From the IMG/VR virus record IMGVR_UViG_3300020190_000031: a stretch of 64,000 bases of DNA, one strand, 5' to 3'. Positions 39,752 through 49,587 of this stretch are shown here, in pieces (the stretch's first letter is position 1; the number at the start of each line of letters is the position of its first letter). Under the pieces are notes generated by a model. The model was given only the letters and a program-made list of their open reading frames with translations, searched no databases and was not told the DNA's origin. The position numbers and the translations under genes are program-made. Source of the DNA: an uncultured virus (IMG/VR IMGVR_UViG_3300020190_000031) (lineage: Duplodnaviria; Heunggongvirae; Uroviricota; Caudoviricetes).

Positions 39752-40282
39752 ATGGCAACGTATGTCAAAGATGCTGGCGTCTGGAAGCCAGTAAATGCAA
39801 TCAGCGTAAAACAGTCTGGCGTCTGGAAAGATGTCAATCAAGCGTTCGTACAGCAAGGGGGTGTGTATAAACAGTATTTTGATACCGTGGGGAGTGTTTA
39901 TGTTTCAGAGACTGTCGGCGGCAGTCCAATAACTACCATAAACGAAGCCACTGGGTACTACGTGAATGTAGCAGGATACAAACCAAATAACTTCGTTGTT
40001 CAAGTTAAATTTGTGCCGGCCTCAGGCTATCCATTCATAAGCACTGCCGACTTAAATCAGCCTGCTCTAGTTAGCAGTAGCGTCAATGCTACATTCACCA
40101 ACCTTCTTGCGACTGTTTATTTTGACTTCATTGGAGAAGGCACGGTTACTGCTGCAGAAGGGTATGAATATTTTGTGATTCAAGTCCTAGAAAATGGTAA
40201 TTTATATGCTCAATCTTCCATGATAACAGTACTCGACACCCATGGCACCATATGTCGCTGGCCGCAGTGGGGCGTCTGCTGA
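39752..40282 (+). CDS. Fibre-tip/receptor-binding accessory protein
   Basis: Triple VK..GVWK.V repeat at the N-terminus. Confidence 0.6.
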   Translation: MATYVKDAGVWKPVNAISVKQSGVWKDVNQAFVQQGGVYKQYFDTVGSVYVSETVGGSPITTINEATGYYVNVAGYKPNNFVVQVKFVPASGYPFISTADLNQPALVSSSVNATFTNLLATVYFDFIGEGTVTAAEGYEYFVIQVLENGNLYAQSSMITVLDTHGTICRWPQWGVC

Positions 40283-40440
40283 TGTTTGCACCCTTGCCCA
40301 CCCAGCAGGCACGTAAAGCCACCTGCCAGAGCTGCCCCCAGCAACTGCAGAGCAAATTTTGCGCTATCTGCAGGTGCTACATCCCGTTCAAAATCCGTCT
40401 GGCCAAGGCGGACTGTCCTCTATCCAAGTGGAATCCATGA
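40282..40440 (+). CDS. Cys-rich mini-protein (DUF6171-like), copy 1
   Basis: CxxC-x9-CxxCxC-x12-CPxxKW. Confidence 0.65.
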   Translation: MFAPLPTQQARKATCQSCPQQLQSKFCAICRCYIPFKIRLAKADCPLSKWNP

Positions 40441-40964
40441 CTACTGAACTTTCACCTCTAGACGGCGTGCGCGAGCACACGGCGTTTTATGAAGTCGTTG
40501 ATGGCGTATGTGTCGCAGAGGCACACACGGTCCTTAATTGGTTTATTCGGGACTGGGCCACTCAGGAACCTGTTCGTCCCACTGATCAATGGCTCAAGGG
40601 TCAAGGGTATTACGGCTTGATTGAGGCCGAGTGTCCCGAAATCAATCCCAGGGTTGAGCGTGTCGCTGAAGCCCCGCTTGATCAGTGGGCTGTTGATGAC
40701 GAGGAAGGCACCGTCACTCGGACCTACATTGTGACCCCTTTGACCGCTGAAGAGCAGCAAAAGCAGGTTGAGGCCGCATGGGAATCACTACGCCACCAGC
40801 GCTTTGTTTTGCTGCTGCGTTCTGACCATACGCAACTTGCTGATAGCGCAGGCTGGGTGCAGAACCTAGACCAGTGGCTTGCCTACCGCCAGGCATTACG
40901 CGATCTGCCTTCTGTGACGAGCGATCCTTTCAACCCGACCTGGCCGGAAGCACCTAGTGCCTAA
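40437..40964 (+). CDS. Tail fibre assembly chaperone
   Basis: LR.QR..LL.RSD.TQLAD...W.AYRQALRDLP....WP.AP. Confidence 0.85.
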   Translation: MTTELSPLDGVREHTAFYEVVDGVCVAEAHTVLNWFIRDWATQEPVRPTDQWLKGQGYYGLIEAECPEINPRVERVAEAPLDQWAVDDEEGTVTRTYIVTPLTAEEQQKQVEAAWESLRHQRFVLLLRSDHTQLADSAGWVQNLDQWLAYRQALRDLPSVTSDPFNPTWPEAPSA

Positions 40965-41150
40965 CTGGCTCTGGCGCAGCATTGTCGCCACCCCGATGAC
41001 GATCATGCTGGCTGCCGATAGCACCGTTTGTGGCGGATGAGGTGGATAAGGAATCCTAGATTTGTAGGGTTTCAACAGTCCAGTGGTTGAAAAGCGGGTA
41101 CAAAGTGCGCCTTTGGCACAGACCTTAGCCATATTTAACAAAAAAGGCCA

Positions 41151-41393
41151 ATGATCGAATTGCTTGCTGCTATCGCGGGCGGCCTGATTGGTCTCGGCGG
41201 AATTGCTGCTGGATCATTGATCAAGCGGTCTGGTGACGGCAGGGATGCTATTGTTAAGTTAAGCATGGGCATCGAGCACATTGGTGCTGAGTTGCAGGCT
41301 TTAAGACAGGATATGAAGGAAGATCGGCATGAAATATATGGTCGACTTGGTACCGCTGAACAGCGAATTTCAGCCCTAGAGGCAAAGAAATAA
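41151..41393 (+). CDS. Putative holin (TM plus coiled coil)
   Basis: N-terminal TM, C-terminal RISALE; upstream of the endolysin. Confidence 0.55.
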   Translation: MIELLAAIAGGLIGLGGIAAGSLIKRSGDGRDAIVKLSMGIEHIGAELQALRQDMKEDRHEIYGRLGTAEQRISALEAKK

Positions 41394-41437
41394 TACTATA
41401 AATTTAATGGCACACTAGTGCAGCTTCATTCAGATCA

Positions 41438-41626
41438 ATGATTGCACTTACCGCCTGGTTCTTTGCTCATGGCACTGAGCTTTTCGCTGCACTATTTGCT
41501 GTTCATGCTGCAGCAGTTGCTGTTGTAAATTTAACTCCAACCCCAAAAGATGACGAAGCCGTCGCCAAATATTACAGAATTATTGAATTCGCTGCGGGTA
41601 TTTTTACTCGTTTAGTTAAAAAATGA
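41438..41626 (+). CDS. Small membrane protein (holin-like)
   Basis: Hydrophobic helix plus LTPTPKDD motif. Confidence 0.6.
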   Translation: MIALTAWFFAHGTELFAALFAVHAAAVAVVNLTPTPKDDEAVAKYYRIIEFAAGIFTRLVKK

Positions 41627-41787
41627 TTGATGAAAACAAAAAAGACTTAACGCATATTGAGAAAATGGCTATTTGCCGTAGGTGCGTATATTTTGAAAGA
41701 TTATACGCAAGATGCAAAATATGCAAGTGTTCAATGAATATTAAGACGCAGAATAAAAGCGCTACTTGTCCTCTACAAAAATGGTAG
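41623..41787 (+). CDS. Cys-rich mini-protein (DUF6171-like), copy 2 (not in ORF track)
   Basis: AICRRC...RCKICKCSM..K......CPLQKW. Confidence 0.7.
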   Translation: MIDENKKDLTHIEKMAICRRCVYFERLYARCKICKCSMNIKTQNKSATCPLQKW

Positions 41788-41804
41788 AATTTAAAAAAAT
41801 TATC

Positions 41805-41969
41805 ATGGAATCTCCCAAGGTAGACCCAAAAGACTGGCAGCAAAGAATTGCCATTTGCGAAACATGTGAGTATTTTCAAAGAAGGCTTGCACGTTGTAAA
41901 AAATGTGGATGTTTTATGGCAATAAAGACAAAAATACCTCAGGCAGCCTGCCCCATCAACCGTTGGTAA
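41805..41969 (+). CDS. Cys-rich mini-protein (DUF6171-like), copy 3
   Basis: AICETC...RCKKCGCFM..K......CPINRW. Confidence 0.7.
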   Translation: MESPKVDPKDWQQRIAICETCEYFQRRLARCKKCGCFMAIKTKIPQAACPINRW

Positions 41970-41992
41970 TGGTACACTAGTTGGCGTTGTTA

Positions 41993-43147
41993 ATGCCAAT
42001 GTCAGTTACAACCTGGCAAATGATCGCCAATCTAGCTTCTAAGTCTGGGGCAAAATATCCGGAGCTGGTTGCTGCACAATGGGCATGTGAATCAGGTTGG
42101 GGCAAATATCAATCTGGCAAGAACAATTTTTTTGGAATTAAAGGGTCTGGCACAAAAAAAGAAACTCAGGAGTGGGATGGTGCTAAATTTATTACCATTG
42201 TGGATGAGTTCAAGGACTATTCATCTGTCGAAGAGTGTGTCAATGACCTTGTCGAGAAATGGTATAAGGATTACAAGGGATATTCTGGAGTCAATGATGC
42301 GCCAAACAGAGAAGAGGCTGCAAGGCAATTAGTAAAGCAAGGGTATGCCACAGATCCCGCGTATAGCTCAAAATTAATAGATATCATGAGCCGTAATTCT
42401 CCTCCACGTCTAAATACGCAAAGACCGACTGAGGAGTATGTAGAGCTCACTGATGCTGCTAAATATTTCCGTGGGGAAAAGCACCAGATCGAGGCCTGGA
42501 AGGCGCTACAAGGCCAACTTACCGAAGATCAGCGCAGGGCATTCACGAAGGCGTTTCGTGGCCCTCTAAAGCCCTCCAGGGGGCCCATGCCGGCATCTGT
42601 GACCTTCCCTCTTGACGTAGCCTATTTTTATCAAAGAGATAGTAAGACCGGTCACGGAGAAAGATCCTGTCAGTCCTCTGCAGTCGCGATGGCGATTGAG
42701 TATATTGACCCTGAAATTATTTTCGATGACGATGAATATTTAAATGTTGTTTTTAAATATGGTGATACAGTTTCGCAGATTGCTCAGAAAAAAGCTCTTG
42801 ATAGCCTAGGCATTAAAAATCAATTTAAGATGAATGGATCCGAACAGGATCTAATTAACATTTTAGAGAAAGGTTACCCAGTTCCCATTGGAATTCTTCA
42901 CAAGGGCAGTATTTTTGCGCCCAGTGGCGGGGGCCATTGGATTACTTTAATTGGATATGATGAAAAATATTTTTATGCCCATGATCCTTTTGGTGAATTA
43001 GATTTAGTTAATGGTGGCTATCCAAAAACCGGCCCAACAGATGGCAGATGCAAGAAGTATACGAGAACCAATTTAATGAAGAGATGGCTAATTGCCAGTA
43101 AAAATGATGGTTGGCTTTGGGACTTTACAACAAATAATATTAGATGA
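41993..43147 (+). CDS. Endolysin: GH73 glucosaminidase plus C39-like peptidase
   Basis: AAQWACESGWG, NNFFGIK, GYATDPAY; C-terminal YFYQRD...CQSS...GHW...DPFG. Confidence 0.88.
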   Translation: MPMSVTTWQMIANLASKSGAKYPELVAAQWACESGWGKYQSGKNNFFGIKGSGTKKETQEWDGAKFITIVDEFKDYSSVEECVNDLVEKWYKDYKGYSGVNDAPNREEAARQLVKQGYATDPAYSSKLIDIMSRNSPPRLNTQRPTEEYVELTDAAKYFRGEKHQIEAWKALQGQLTEDQRRAFTKAFRGPLKPSRGPMPASVTFPLDVAYFYQRDSKTGHGERSCQSSAVAMAIEYIDPEIIFDDDEYLNVVFKYGDTVSQIAQKKALDSLGIKNQFKMNGSEQDLINILEKGYPVPIGILHKGSIFAPSGGGHWITLIGYDEKYFYAHDPFGELDLVNGGYPKTGPTDGRCKKYTRTNLMKRWLIASKNDGWLWDFTTNNIR

Positions 43148-43350
43148 AACAGGTTGTTCTTTCTTTTTTGCCAGGTTATTTTTGGGACGGTGGGTGTTTA
43201 AAAAGCACTGGTGCGGCCATCGCTCCAAGTCAGCATATTAGCTCAAAAAATGGTGAAATTATATATTATGTGCGTCCAATTGGCTGGTCCTGCTCTTGCT
43301 ACATTCGTCGTCAAGGTCTCTTGGATTATATTCAGGGTCTAGATTCCTAG
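43144..43350 (+). CDS. Hypothetical protein
   Basis: ATGA overlap with the endolysin. Confidence 0.5.
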   Translation: MKQVVLSFLPGYFWDGGCLKSTGAAIAPSQHISSKNGEIIYYVRPIGWSCSCYIRRQGLLDYIQGLDS

Positions 43351-43486
43351 TCCAACAAAACATGCCATTGCTTGACCATTCTTTTGTTTTTTGTGGTATT
43401 TGATCCACTGGCAATTCTTGTGATGTGCAGATTCCATGAGAATATCCATAAAGAATAGCGGTTTTCATAAAATTATATCTGCCATA

Positions 43487-43864
43487 TCATTTTTCCTTTA
43501 AAGAAGGGCCGCTTGCAATAACTTCATAGATATATCTCTCAACTTCGTCAACTTCCCAGTCATATTCATTCGCCAATAAGTTGCCAAGGTAATTTAAGGT
43601 ATCTTCGTGCCCGTCGTGCCATTTGCCACTTTTCATTGCGTCATTTCTAACTTCGTTGATTGAAGTTAAAACATTAAGCTCGGATATCTCGTTTTCTTGA
43701 TCAGATGCAGCCTCCGCATGATCTAATCTTTGACGATCTATCATCCTTAAAAGTACCCACCCAATTCGACCATTTACATAAATGAGAAATTCACCAATGC
43801 CTTTTATGATCTTAAAAACCAGAAGGTTAGACCGACTGATTATATAAAACAGGACGGGCCTCAT
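43487..43864 (-). CDS. Hypothetical protein
   Basis: Directly downstream of the helicase. Confidence 0.65.
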   Translation of the reverse strand: MRPVLFYIISRSNLLVFKIIKGIGEFLIYVNGRIGWVLLRMIDRQRLDHAEAASDQENEISELNVLTSINEVRNDAMKSGKWHDGHEDTLNYLGNLLANEYDWEVDEVERYIYEVIASGPSLKEK

Positions 43865-43866
43865 GA

Positions 43867-45618
43867 CTATAATCCATTTGATCGATTTCTTTGTTCGATA
43901 TCTTTAATTGTGGAATCGGTCTGCACTGAAGCGGTTTCGTAATCGATAGTAATAATACTTTTTTCATGAAAGCCTTTTATACTTTCAAGAATGTCGTATT
44001 TTTCATTCCATAGCGCTTGGCGACCCCGTACTTTAGAGTGCCATACCTCCAATTCTCTATTTATTTTATCAGTATTTTCGCCTTTAGTTCGCCTTATCAA
44101 CCAAGTGGCATGAGAGACATGAGCCAATGCATCAGTTCCTCTAATTTCATTTAGTTGTGGTTCAGCGTTTGAGTTGGCATCCATACCAACTCTGTTAAGT
44201 TGAGCAAGTACAAAAAGATCAATGTCTAATTCCTTAGCAACTGTCATTAACTTATAAGCTCGGTCTTCAAGCATGGCACTTGGATTGCTTGCTGAACCAC
44301 CCTTATGTCTAGATAGTGCATGAAAGTGATCTAAAACTATAGCTCTAAGCTCTGGGCTCTTTGCTTTCATACTACGCATAATATTTACACATGTATCAAC
44401 GCATGCACCCCATGGGGCCTCAACCAACATGCGACCTCTTTTTTCGTCAAGACGCATTGAGACCTCTGCTACAATTTGGGCAATCCGGTCCTGAGCCTTA
44501 GTTGCACCCGGAAGCTCTAGTTCTCCAACTGTTACGTGACCAAGTTGCCCGCTAAGTGTTCTACGCCAGTGATAGGGGTCAATTAATGACTTACTTAAAT
44601 TAGCAATCAGCCTGGCCTCAATCGCTCTGCTTTCTAATTCTGCTGAGACAAAACCAACAGTAAGACCCCCCTTAGCAAGTGATGCTGCAATGTGAACGCC
44701 AAGTGCTGTTTTGCCTACTCCAGTTCTTGCGGCAACGACCATGAGCCGGCCTGCGCGAGGCATATGCGGTCTAGGTGGAGCTACCCCACCTTCAATATCC
44801 AAATCAAAAGCAGGCACACCAGTGGATATTGGTTGATCCTGTTCTTTTGCGTTAGAAATATAATCAGTCCAGTTTAATCGGCCAGAACCAGGGTCGCCAA
44901 GGATTGATTCAACAAGATCAACTACATGGCCCTGGTTTCCTATTGAGCCACTCAATATGCCTATGCCTTCTAGTGTGCGTTGATGTAGAAAATCTAGTGT
45001 TTTTGATAAATTCGGATCAGTTTTTAAATATTGATGACACACATAAAGAGTTTCCTTAAACAGGCTAGATACTCGCTTTTGTTTTAATATATCTAAAGCC
45101 GTATTCCATTCTGATTTTGCATCACCATAGGCGGCTAATGTTTCGGGATCAGCCAATTCTGAGATTGTTTCGCAAAAGTCTGAGAATGATAACTTATTGT
45201 TATTTTTTATGATTGATTCGTATCCAATAATGATGCTATCTTTAGATATGGTTTTGCCTGTACGTTCTCCAATAAAAGTCATATCAATTTCATGACCAAT
45301 TTTTTTAAATATTTGATTTGACCATAAATTTTCAGGCAGTTCCTGACCGTGGCCCACTCCAAATGCTGTGCGAAGTTGAGACCATAGCTCTCTTGCAACA
45401 GTCGAATTTGAACTCAAAACCCTTGAAAGAACAATTGCCTCTTGATTTAAAGTATCTTCACCCGCAACAATTGTTGAGGGTTGTAATTTTTCAACCAAAC
45501 GAGCCGTACTTATGACTGATTCAATCTCGGCATCATTCGCTTTGCAAATTTTGCCGTTTTCTTCAACAAGTAGACCTAAGTCAACGGCCTTTTGAATATA
45601 AAAAGGAAATTCCATCAA
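43867..45618 (-). CDS. dnaB: DnaB-like replicative helicase
   Basis: Walker A AARTGVGKT, SAEL, LDHF, LAQLNR, IRGTDA. Confidence 0.9.
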   Translation of the reverse strand: MMEFPFYIQKAVDLGLLVEENGKICKANDAEIESVISTARLVEKLQPSTIVAGEDTLNQEAIVLSRVLSSNSTVARELWSQLRTAFGVGHGQELPENLWSNQIFKKIGHEIDMTFIGERTGKTISKDSIIIGYESIIKNNNKLSFSDFCETISELADPETLAAYGDAKSEWNTALDILKQKRVSSLFKETLYVCHQYLKTDPNLSKTLDFLHQRTLEGIGILSGSIGNQGHVVDLVESILGDPGSGRLNWTDYISNAKEQDQPISTGVPAFDLDIEGGVAPPRPHMPRAGRLMVVAARTGVGKTALGVHIAASLAKGGLTVGFVSAELESRAIEARLIANLSKSLIDPYHWRRTLSGQLGHVTVGELELPGATKAQDRIAQIVAEVSMRLDEKRGRMLVEAPWGACVDTCVNIMRSMKAKSPELRAIVLDHFHALSRHKGGSASNPSAMLEDRAYKLMTVAKELDIDLFVLAQLNRVGMDANSNAEPQLNEIRGTDALAHVSHATWLIRRTKGENTDKINRELEVWHSKVRGRQALWNEKYDILESIKGFHEKSIITIDYETASVQTDSTIKDIEQRNRSNGL

Positions 45619-46589
45619 CGTGCCTCAATCGCAATGTTTCGTTCTTGAAGGGTTGTATTAATACGGTCAAGATGTTGTTGCCATTTTCTAAGATCTTCAG
45701 CATTGTTTCTGTGTTTTGCCTTATCATGCTCAAACAAAATATATTTATAATCTTTAATAAGTTGCTTTTCTTCATCATCAAGTTCAATAGGCAAGATATC
45801 GCCGTCAGTTTCATCCTGGCCGAGTTGAAAAAGATTCTCTACATTCCTAAGCTTTTGATCCTGAGGATTGCCGTACCCAAAGATAGCACTAAAATTGCGT
45901 CCTGATTGATCAACTCTTCTTGACCAAAAGTCACTTCGACCAATACCTTTGCATATTGTGACAACAAATCCTTCCATATTGGCTGGTTTTTGATTTAGGT
46001 TTTTTAAATGTTTCATTACCGCTTCCATTTGTTTAGAAGAAACAGATCTAATTTTTGCATAGGAATCGGGCTTGTAATCATTCCAGGATTTAATAATAAT
46101 ATCAATTAAGTCAGATTTTTTCTTATTATCTTCTTCATTCTTGGATTCTTTCTTGTGTTCATTTAAAATTTCAGGCAATTTTGCGGGAAGAATGTGTTGC
46201 TCTTCAGGGTTTTCGTCATTTTCATCTATTAAAAATTGAGGCAAAAGTTTTTGATAATGAGAGGCTACTTCGAACATTGAGTAGGGATCATGCATTATAA
46301 CTGATCCATCCTCATGTACAGTTATTAATCCTTCTTCTACTAATTGTTGCAAACATCTTCTCCGAGATCTTGTACTGCAATCCATCAAATCCTGGCAGTT
46401 TTTCCAGGACAATTGTTGGTCAGTGGGCTTGGCAGCCGCCAGCCACAGCCAAAGAACACGTGCCTGGTAACTCAGTCTGTTGTTGAAAACTATTTCGAGG
46501 AGAGGGGCTCGTACCCACCCTCCACGCCAGTCCCAATCCCTTGTGACCCCCTGAAGCGGCCCCGTAGGTAGGGCCTCAAATTCCGGCAT
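45615..46589 (-). CDS. Putative replication initiator (N-terminal wHTH)
   Basis: LSYQARVLWLWL...RRRCLQQLVEEGLI; coupled to the helicase as in initiator-helicase modules. Confidence 0.6.
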   Translation of the reverse strand: MPEFEALPTGPLQGVTRDWDWRGGWVRAPLLEIVFNNRLSYQARVLWLWLAAAKPTDQQLSWKNCQDLMDCSTRSRRRCLQQLVEEGLITVHEDGSVIMHDPYSMFEVASHYQKLLPQFLIDENDENPEEQHILPAKLPEILNEHKKESKNEEDNKKKSDLIDIIIKSWNDYKPDSYAKIRSVSSKQMEAVMKHLKNLNQKPANMEGFVVTICKGIGRSDFWSRRVDQSGRNFSAIFGYGNPQDQKLRNVENLFQLGQDETDGDILPIELDDEEKQLIKDYKYILFEHDKAKHRNNAEDLRKWQQHLDRINTTLQERNIAIEAR

Positions 46590-46629
46590 GAATCATTCGC
46601 GGCCATGGCCAGCATATGGAGGAAGCGAG

Positions 46630-46760
46630 GGGGGTTACATAATTTCAGGTTATCTTAAGTTACCTTTGGGGTATCCTAAGGATACCTTTTGGGTGACTTT
46701 ATGTAACCTATGGGGGTATCCTGAGTTCACCCTACCTATAAGATATATATATACAAGATA
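46630..46760. repeat. Nested inverted repeats plus AT tract; candidate origin or operator
   Basis: GGTTACATAA (46633-42) / TTATGTAACC (46699-708); GGTATCC-TAA-GGATACC (46670-86); (TA)n at about 46743-53. Confidence 0.6.
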
Positions 46761-46775
46761 TTTGAGATTTTTAAG

Positions 46776-47054
46776 ATGGCAAAACGGGGAAGGCCAAAAC
46801 GGGAAACACCGCTGACGGCTGAGGAACTGGCACAAAGAGAGGCCCGTTACGCAGCAAACCGGCTCAAAGCCCGCAGACTGGTCCAGAAGCAGCTCCGCGA
46901 GGAACGCCACGAATGGCAGGAAATTGGCTGGATCGTTCGAAAAATGAACAAGGAGGCCAAAATAAGCCAGGAAAGTATCTGGGAACTCCTTGGCGGACTG
47001 GTCAATAAAAAAAAAATTGCTAAATGGTGCAGCAGCAATTATTTACCCCGCTAG
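46776..47054 (+). CDS. Basic DNA-binding protein with an AT-hook-like motif
   Basis: KRGRPKR N-terminus. Confidence 0.6.
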   Translation: MAKRGRPKRETPLTAEELAQREARYAANRLKARRLVQKQLREERHEWQEIGWIVRKMNKEAKISQESIWELLGGLVNKKKIAKWCSSNYLPR

Positions 47055-47078
47055 CCTCTACTAAGAATTTTTGGACTA

Positions 47079-47777
47079 ATGCCACAGGAACTCCCCCAGC
47101 TTGGCGGTATCGCCACTAAAGATCTTGTCGAGCACATTGGATCTGGCAGCTTCAAGGCTTCTTACATCAATTGGTCTAGGACGATGGAGATGCTTCGCAG
47201 GCACGCTCCTGGCTGGATGGTCGAACTCGTTCAATCAGGTGATGGATCGCCGTTGCACAAGGCTCCTGTCGGCGGTTTTCTGTTGCTGCGTTTTACGCAC
47301 CTAGACGGAACTAAAACACCCCATGTTCCGCAAGCAATTATGGATCACCGGAACAATTCAATTCCGTTTGACAAAATTACTTCGCGTGATATTACTGACA
47401 CCCATCGCAGGGGCGCCTGCTTGCTGGCTGCATTGCAAATGGGCTTAGCTTATGAGCTCTGGGCCAAAATGCCCCTTGAAAATGGCTATCAGGTCGCGGA
47501 TGAGACCACAATCGAGAAGGTAAAACAAGATACAAAAACCGCCACCCCTTCGGTGCCCAAAAAAGTAGAAATCAGTATTGAAAAAACGACAGCAGATGAA
47601 GCCGATTTCATGAGGGCCTGTTCCGCAATCGGCTTAACAGAATCAGCCGCGCAAAGTTTGGTGCCAAAACTGAAAGGTGATTATGAAAATGGTATAAAAA
47701 CTTTGGCTGACAAGGATCATAAATTTGTAAGCTCTCTTAACGCCAAATTTCCCGCCAGTCCAGGCGAAGACTATTGA
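47079..47777 (+). CDS. Sak/Rad52-like single-strand annealing protein (DUF1071-like)
   Basis: SYINWS, IMDHRNNSI, RG.C......GL.YELWA. Confidence 0.7.
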   Translation: MPQELPQLGGIATKDLVEHIGSGSFKASYINWSRTMEMLRRHAPGWMVELVQSGDGSPLHKAPVGGFLLLRFTHLDGTKTPHVPQAIMDHRNNSIPFDKITSRDITDTHRRGACLLAALQMGLAYELWAKMPLENGYQVADETTIEKVKQDTKTATPSVPKKVEISIEKTTADEADFMRACSAIGLTESAAQSLVPKLKGDYENGIKTLADKDHKFVSSLNAKFPASPGEDY

Positions 47778-47904
47778 CATTGATTGCGCCGCAGCGAGTT
47801 TGGCAATTTTCTTCAGTGGCGTTGTGGCCAAAACTGAAGAAAACTTTAAAGAACTTGACGGCGACCCTTCCGCTTACTAATCTTTAGCCGCTGAAAAAAA
47901 ATCA

Positions 47905-48693
47905 ATGGCATTTGACACGGACACAATCAAATTTTGGATGGATGCTGCTGGTCGTTATCCACTACTTCATCCCCAACAAGTATTAATCCTTGCCAAGCAA
48001 ATTCAGCAAAATCCACCTGAAAGTAAAATTAGACAACGAGCCATCCAAAAATTAATCCGCCATAATCTTAAATTAATTCCTAAAATTGCCAGAAAAGCTA
48101 TGAAGGCAAAATACGGCAAAAATTTTGGCTCAACATATACTGAAGATGTTCTCCAATGCGGGGTACTCGGTTTAAGTCGTGCTGCAGAATTATATGATCC
48201 AACACGGGGCTACGCTTTTAGCACTTATGCAATTCCTTGGATTTTTCAGGCGATCACTAGGGACATGTGTAATAATATTTCAGCAATCCGAGTGCCTGAA
48301 AACACAATAAGAGAACACTATAATGCATTTAGAAATATTCAAAGTCCAAAAGAATTGCTTGAAATAAAAGAAAAAAAATTGCATCGATATTGGGATGCTT
48401 TTCGGGCTATAAATTGCAAATCTTCAGATTCAATGATGTCACAAAAGACTGGAGAGGATATCGACGTTGAAGGCACGTACATGGTTTCAGATATTACCAA
48501 TGAAGTTGTCGATGATGTCGATGACTTGCTTTCACTTTCTAAAACATCTGATTTGTCTGTTGAGTTGGTTAAGGCTCACTTTATTGAAAATACTACGATC
48601 AAAGAGCTTGGAAGAATACACAACATGTCAAGGAACCAAGTTGCAAAAATAATTAAGGATTGCTTATTGAGCATTAGGGACAACATAGATTAG
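47905..48693 (+). CDS. Sigma-70 factor, RpoD/group 2-like
   Basis: GRYPLL (region 1.2), NLKLI, GLSRAAELYDPTRGYAFSTYA.PWI.QAITR, C-terminal HTH. Confidence 0.9.
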   Translation: MAFDTDTIKFWMDAAGRYPLLHPQQVLILAKQIQQNPPESKIRQRAIQKLIRHNLKLIPKIARKAMKAKYGKNFGSTYTEDVLQCGVLGLSRAAELYDPTRGYAFSTYAIPWIFQAITRDMCNNISAIRVPENTIREHYNAFRNIQSPKELLEIKEKKLHRYWDAFRAINCKSSDSMMSQKTGEDIDVEGTYMVSDITNEVVDDVDDLLSLSKTSDLSVELVKAHFIENTTIKELGRIHNMSRNQVAKIIKDCLLSIRDNID

Positions 48694-48729
48694 TTAGAAT
48701 ATAGGGTACACGCCCATTTGGGTAACGAA

Positions 48730-49074
48730 ATGGCATCAATTGCATTAGCCGGCAAAGTCGTCGGCAAAGCCGGTGAGTCCCCCGTCTCTATTAAAGAAGG
48801 CAAGGATTACACCATAGCATCTTTTTCTGTTAAAGATAGCAGCTACTGCTACTTCAAAAACAAGGATGACAATCCTGGACAATTTTATCGGTGTGAAGTC
48901 CTTGGCAAGCAGGCAACTCTTGCCGCTGAGCGACTAAAGCGCGGTGACAGGGTTGCTGTGTTTGGCCAGACTGTCTGGCGTGAATATAATGGCAGCAAGT
49001 ATCTAGATGTGAAAAATTGTCAGGTAACCTTTATGGAGGATTTTGCTAAAAGCGTAGATGAAATGCCGTTCTAA
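48730..49074 (+). CDS. ssb: Single-stranded DNA-binding protein
   Basis: OB-fold pattern, LKRGDRVAV.G, acidic DEMPF tail. Confidence 0.88.
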   Translation: MASIALAGKVVGKAGESPVSIKEGKDYTIASFSVKDSSYCYFKNKDDNPGQFYRCEVLGKQATLAAERLKRGDRVAVFGQTVWREYNGSKYLDVKNCQVTFMEDFAKSVDEMPF

Positions 49075-49106
49075 TTTTAGAAGCGCATTTATTGCTTGAT
49101 CCTGCG

Positions 49107-49140
49107 AAAGTGAGGAGGTTGATCCTTCTCACTTTTTTTT
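49107..49140 (+). terminator. Rho-independent terminator
   Basis: AAAGTGAGGAGG-TTGAT-CCTTCTCACTTT plus T run. Confidence 0.8.
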
Positions 49141-49164
49141 GTTATTTTAAGTTAGGGCACAACT

Positions 49165-49587
49165 ATGATGAAAGCGTTAGATCCATCAATGTTCCCAAGC
49201 GCCTTGGGCCCATTTGTAGATGAAAATCCATTATTAACGCATGCTCACATAAAACCTTGGATCATTGCTATTTTGCTGCAAAGGGGTGCAGTTAAGTTCA
49301 ATGAAATTATAACCGCAGTGTCTCCGCATTGTGCCCAAATTGACACGAAGGTTGGTGCCTATGGCGAACTAGAAGATTGCGATCCCGATAAAACAAGACT
49401 TGAATTATTTACCGAAGAAGTTCTTGGCGAAATGGTTGCAGAAGGAATTCTTAGATATAATGACGACAAGGACAATTGGGTTCTCACCACTGGTGTAAAT
49501 AACCTACATCTAACAACGATCATTAGCTGGGTTTCAACAACTGGCGGTCAATTACCAGCACATCTACTTTTAGACTTTGAAAAATGA
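49165..49587 (+). CDS. Hypothetical protein
   Basis: 140-aa ORF. Confidence 0.7.
   Translation: MMKALDPSMFPSALGPFVDENPLLTHAHIKPWIIAILLQRGAVKFNEIITAVSPHCAQIDTKVGAYGELEDCDPDKTRLELFTEEVLGEMVAEGILRYNDDKDNWVLTTGVNNLHLTTIISWVSTTGGQLPAHLLLDFEK

Noticed and set aside
23382..41040. Diversity-generating retroelement or invertible fibre cassette (Mtd-like N-termini present)
   Set aside because: No reverse transcriptase, no template/variable repeat pair and no invertase seen in the window
46670..46678. GGTATCCTA matching the late-promoter motif
   Set aside because: It is half of a palindrome in the ori-like repeat cluster upstream of non-structural genes; not counted as a promoter
47731..47880. Open alternative frame overlapping the end of the Sak-like gene (possible +1 shift at TTT-CCC)
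   Set aside because: No ATG, short, no recognisable domain; chance cannot be excluded
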